64,000 nt of DNA. Origin: Eledone cirrhosa. Lineage: Eukaryota. Positions 62,425 through 64,000 of this stretch are shown in pieces. Made by a program: the position numbers and the translations under genes. The stretch is from positions 426,622,001 to 426,686,000 of the forward strand of contig OZ024740.1 in assembly GCA_964016885.1 (NCBI GenBank), in the 5' to 3' direction. Each line of letters starts with the position of its first letter. The stretch's first letter is position 1. The notes under the pieces were generated by a model. It worked only from the letters and a program-made list of their open reading frames with translations, was not told the DNA's origin and ran no database searches.

Positions 62425-62497
62425 GGGGAATTAGCTCAGATGGTAGAGCGCTCGCTTTGCATGCGAGAGGTACCGGGATCGACGCCCGGATTCTCCA
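62425..62497 (+). tRNA. tRNA-Ala(TGC), intact
   Basis: Full cloverleaf. Confidence 0.92.
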
Positions 62498-62746
62498 AAT
62501 GTAGGAGTTATATTACTATATATTTTGATGTTTCTACATTTTACAATTTTCTATTATTGTTGTTGTTTCTGCTGATGAATGTGATGGATTGGCAGTACCT
62601 GTAATCATCAGACAACATGCTTTACAGTATAGACTTATGGCCCTTTACGTTCCGAGTTAAAATCGCGCCCATGTCAACTTAAAATAAATTAACAATAATG
62701 TACAGGGTATTTCACGGCCTTGTTCCAAAAGTAGAAACAATTATTT

Positions 62747-62790
<44 letters not shown>

Positions 62791-63009
62791 CTTCTTCTTC
62801 TTCTTCTTCTTCTTCTTCTTCTTCTTCTTCTTCTTCTTCTTCTTCTTCTTCTTCTTCTTCTTCTTCACACCACCAGCATCACGTGACCTACCTGTGAGGA
62901 GGGCCGTCAGCAATAGTAATCATAGAACATATAGAATCCGTCCGAGGCCGCCCTTATTATTTACTATATATATATGTATATATATATTGTAGAGAAACAG
63001 ACTCATGTG

Positions 63010-63082
63010 AGTGAATTAGCTCAGATGGTAGAGCGCTCGCTTAGCATGCGAGAGGTACCGGGATCGATGCCCGGATTCTCCA
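63010..63082 (+). pseudogene. tRNA-Ala(AGC) lacking the G3.U70 identity pair
   Basis: 5' AGTG, same variant as 57878. Confidence 0.75.
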
Positions 63083-63736
63083 TGCGTCAAGATTTCTTTT
63101 CAAATATTTTTTTCTTGTTCAAAACTACAGCATCACATGACCTTCTTTTGAGGTTGGCTGTCAGTTGTAATCGATAGAAGTGATAACACAATTGGCCCTT
63201 AAATTCATACAGCCTGAAAATAGCACCAGACTATTTCAACCATATATCTATATATATAAAATATAGGAGGTCTGTTTGTACAAATCCCTAAAACTCCAGA
63301 TGTACTCGACTGACTTTTTTCAAACTTTACACATATGTTACTTATAATACTTGAAGTGCAATAGGCTAGTAGAAATTTAACTTTTGATGTTATTTTTTCA
63401 TGTTCAAATATGTAGCATCACGTGACCTTCATTTGAACATGTCTCTCGCTATAGTCAATTGACATAATCACACAATTGTTCGTTAAAGTTGAACAACTTG
63501 AATATCGTGCAGGAGGATTTAAACCAAATATGTTTTATAAAAGCAAACTCTCACAATGGAAAATGCATAGAAATTGAATCAGTCTAAGAAAATACATATC
63601 AAACTTACGATCATTGTCAAATCTGTTAGTAGGGAAAATTCAGTATTAATTTTAACTAACCAGTCAAATCGAATTGGTCAAAGATCTCCGTATGTCATTC
63701 ACTATATAGATGTATATAACTGTGTGGTTCTCCTGA

Positions 63737-63809
63737 GGGGAATTAGCTCAGATGGTAGAGCGCTCGCTTTGCATGCGAGAGGTACCGGGATCGACGCCCG
63801 GATTCTCCA
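63737..63809 (+). tRNA. tRNA-Ala(TGC), intact
   Basis: Full cloverleaf. Confidence 0.92.
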
Positions 63810-64000
63810 AATGTAGGAGTTATATTACTATATATTTTGATGTTTCTACATTTTACAATTTTCTATTATTGTTGTTGTTTTTGCTGTTGAATGTGATGGA
63901 TTGGCAGTATCTGTAATCATCAGAAAACATGCTTTACAGTATAGAGTTATGGCCCTTTACGTTCCGAGTTAAAATCGCGCCCATGTCAACTTAAAATAAA

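Larger units (their letters stand above)
45008..64000 (+). repeat. tandem tRNA-Ala gene array, ~1.28 kb unit, 10 units visible, runs off window end
   Basis: Unit = (GTT)n(CTT)n, tRNA-Ala(AGC), spacer, tRNA-Ala(TGC), degenerate SINE. Confidence 0.97.

Noticed and set aside
45946-63816. Repeated 80 aa MNQSKKIH... and poly-K/poly-F ORFs
   Set aside because: Spacer and microsatellite translations overlapping tRNA genes, with non-ATG starts and frequent disruption between units

Overview
Repeat-dense animal genomic DNA. The SINE family and heavy (TA)n/(CA)n load suggest a cephalopod such as octopus; this is inference. No intact host protein-coding gene is evident. 1-9 kb holds minisatellites, a CCA/ACA low-complexity tract, Chapaev-type and Helitron relics and tRNA-derived SINEs. 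9-42 kb is a cluster of Penelope-like elements (PLEs) and non-autonomous derivatives in (TA)n tracts: three coding PLEs, each with an inverted copy of its own 3' end at its 5' side; two copies of a 1.3 kb non-coding family; a 630 bp tandem repeat; and several fold-back mini-elements. These carry about 16 type I hammerhead ribozyme motifs, both canonical and core variants (U3-A8, U4A, A13C, U.U at the base of stem II). The same interval has a near-full-length RTE LINE, a deleted mariner and LINE fragments. 45-64 kb is a tandem array of ~1.28 kb units, each with tRNA-Ala(AGC), tRNA-Ala(TGC), a dead SINE and a (GTT)n(CTT)n tract. A full-length, decayed Tx1/L1-clade retrotransposon interrupts the first unit. 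All calls were made by eye; coordinates of degraded relics are approximate.
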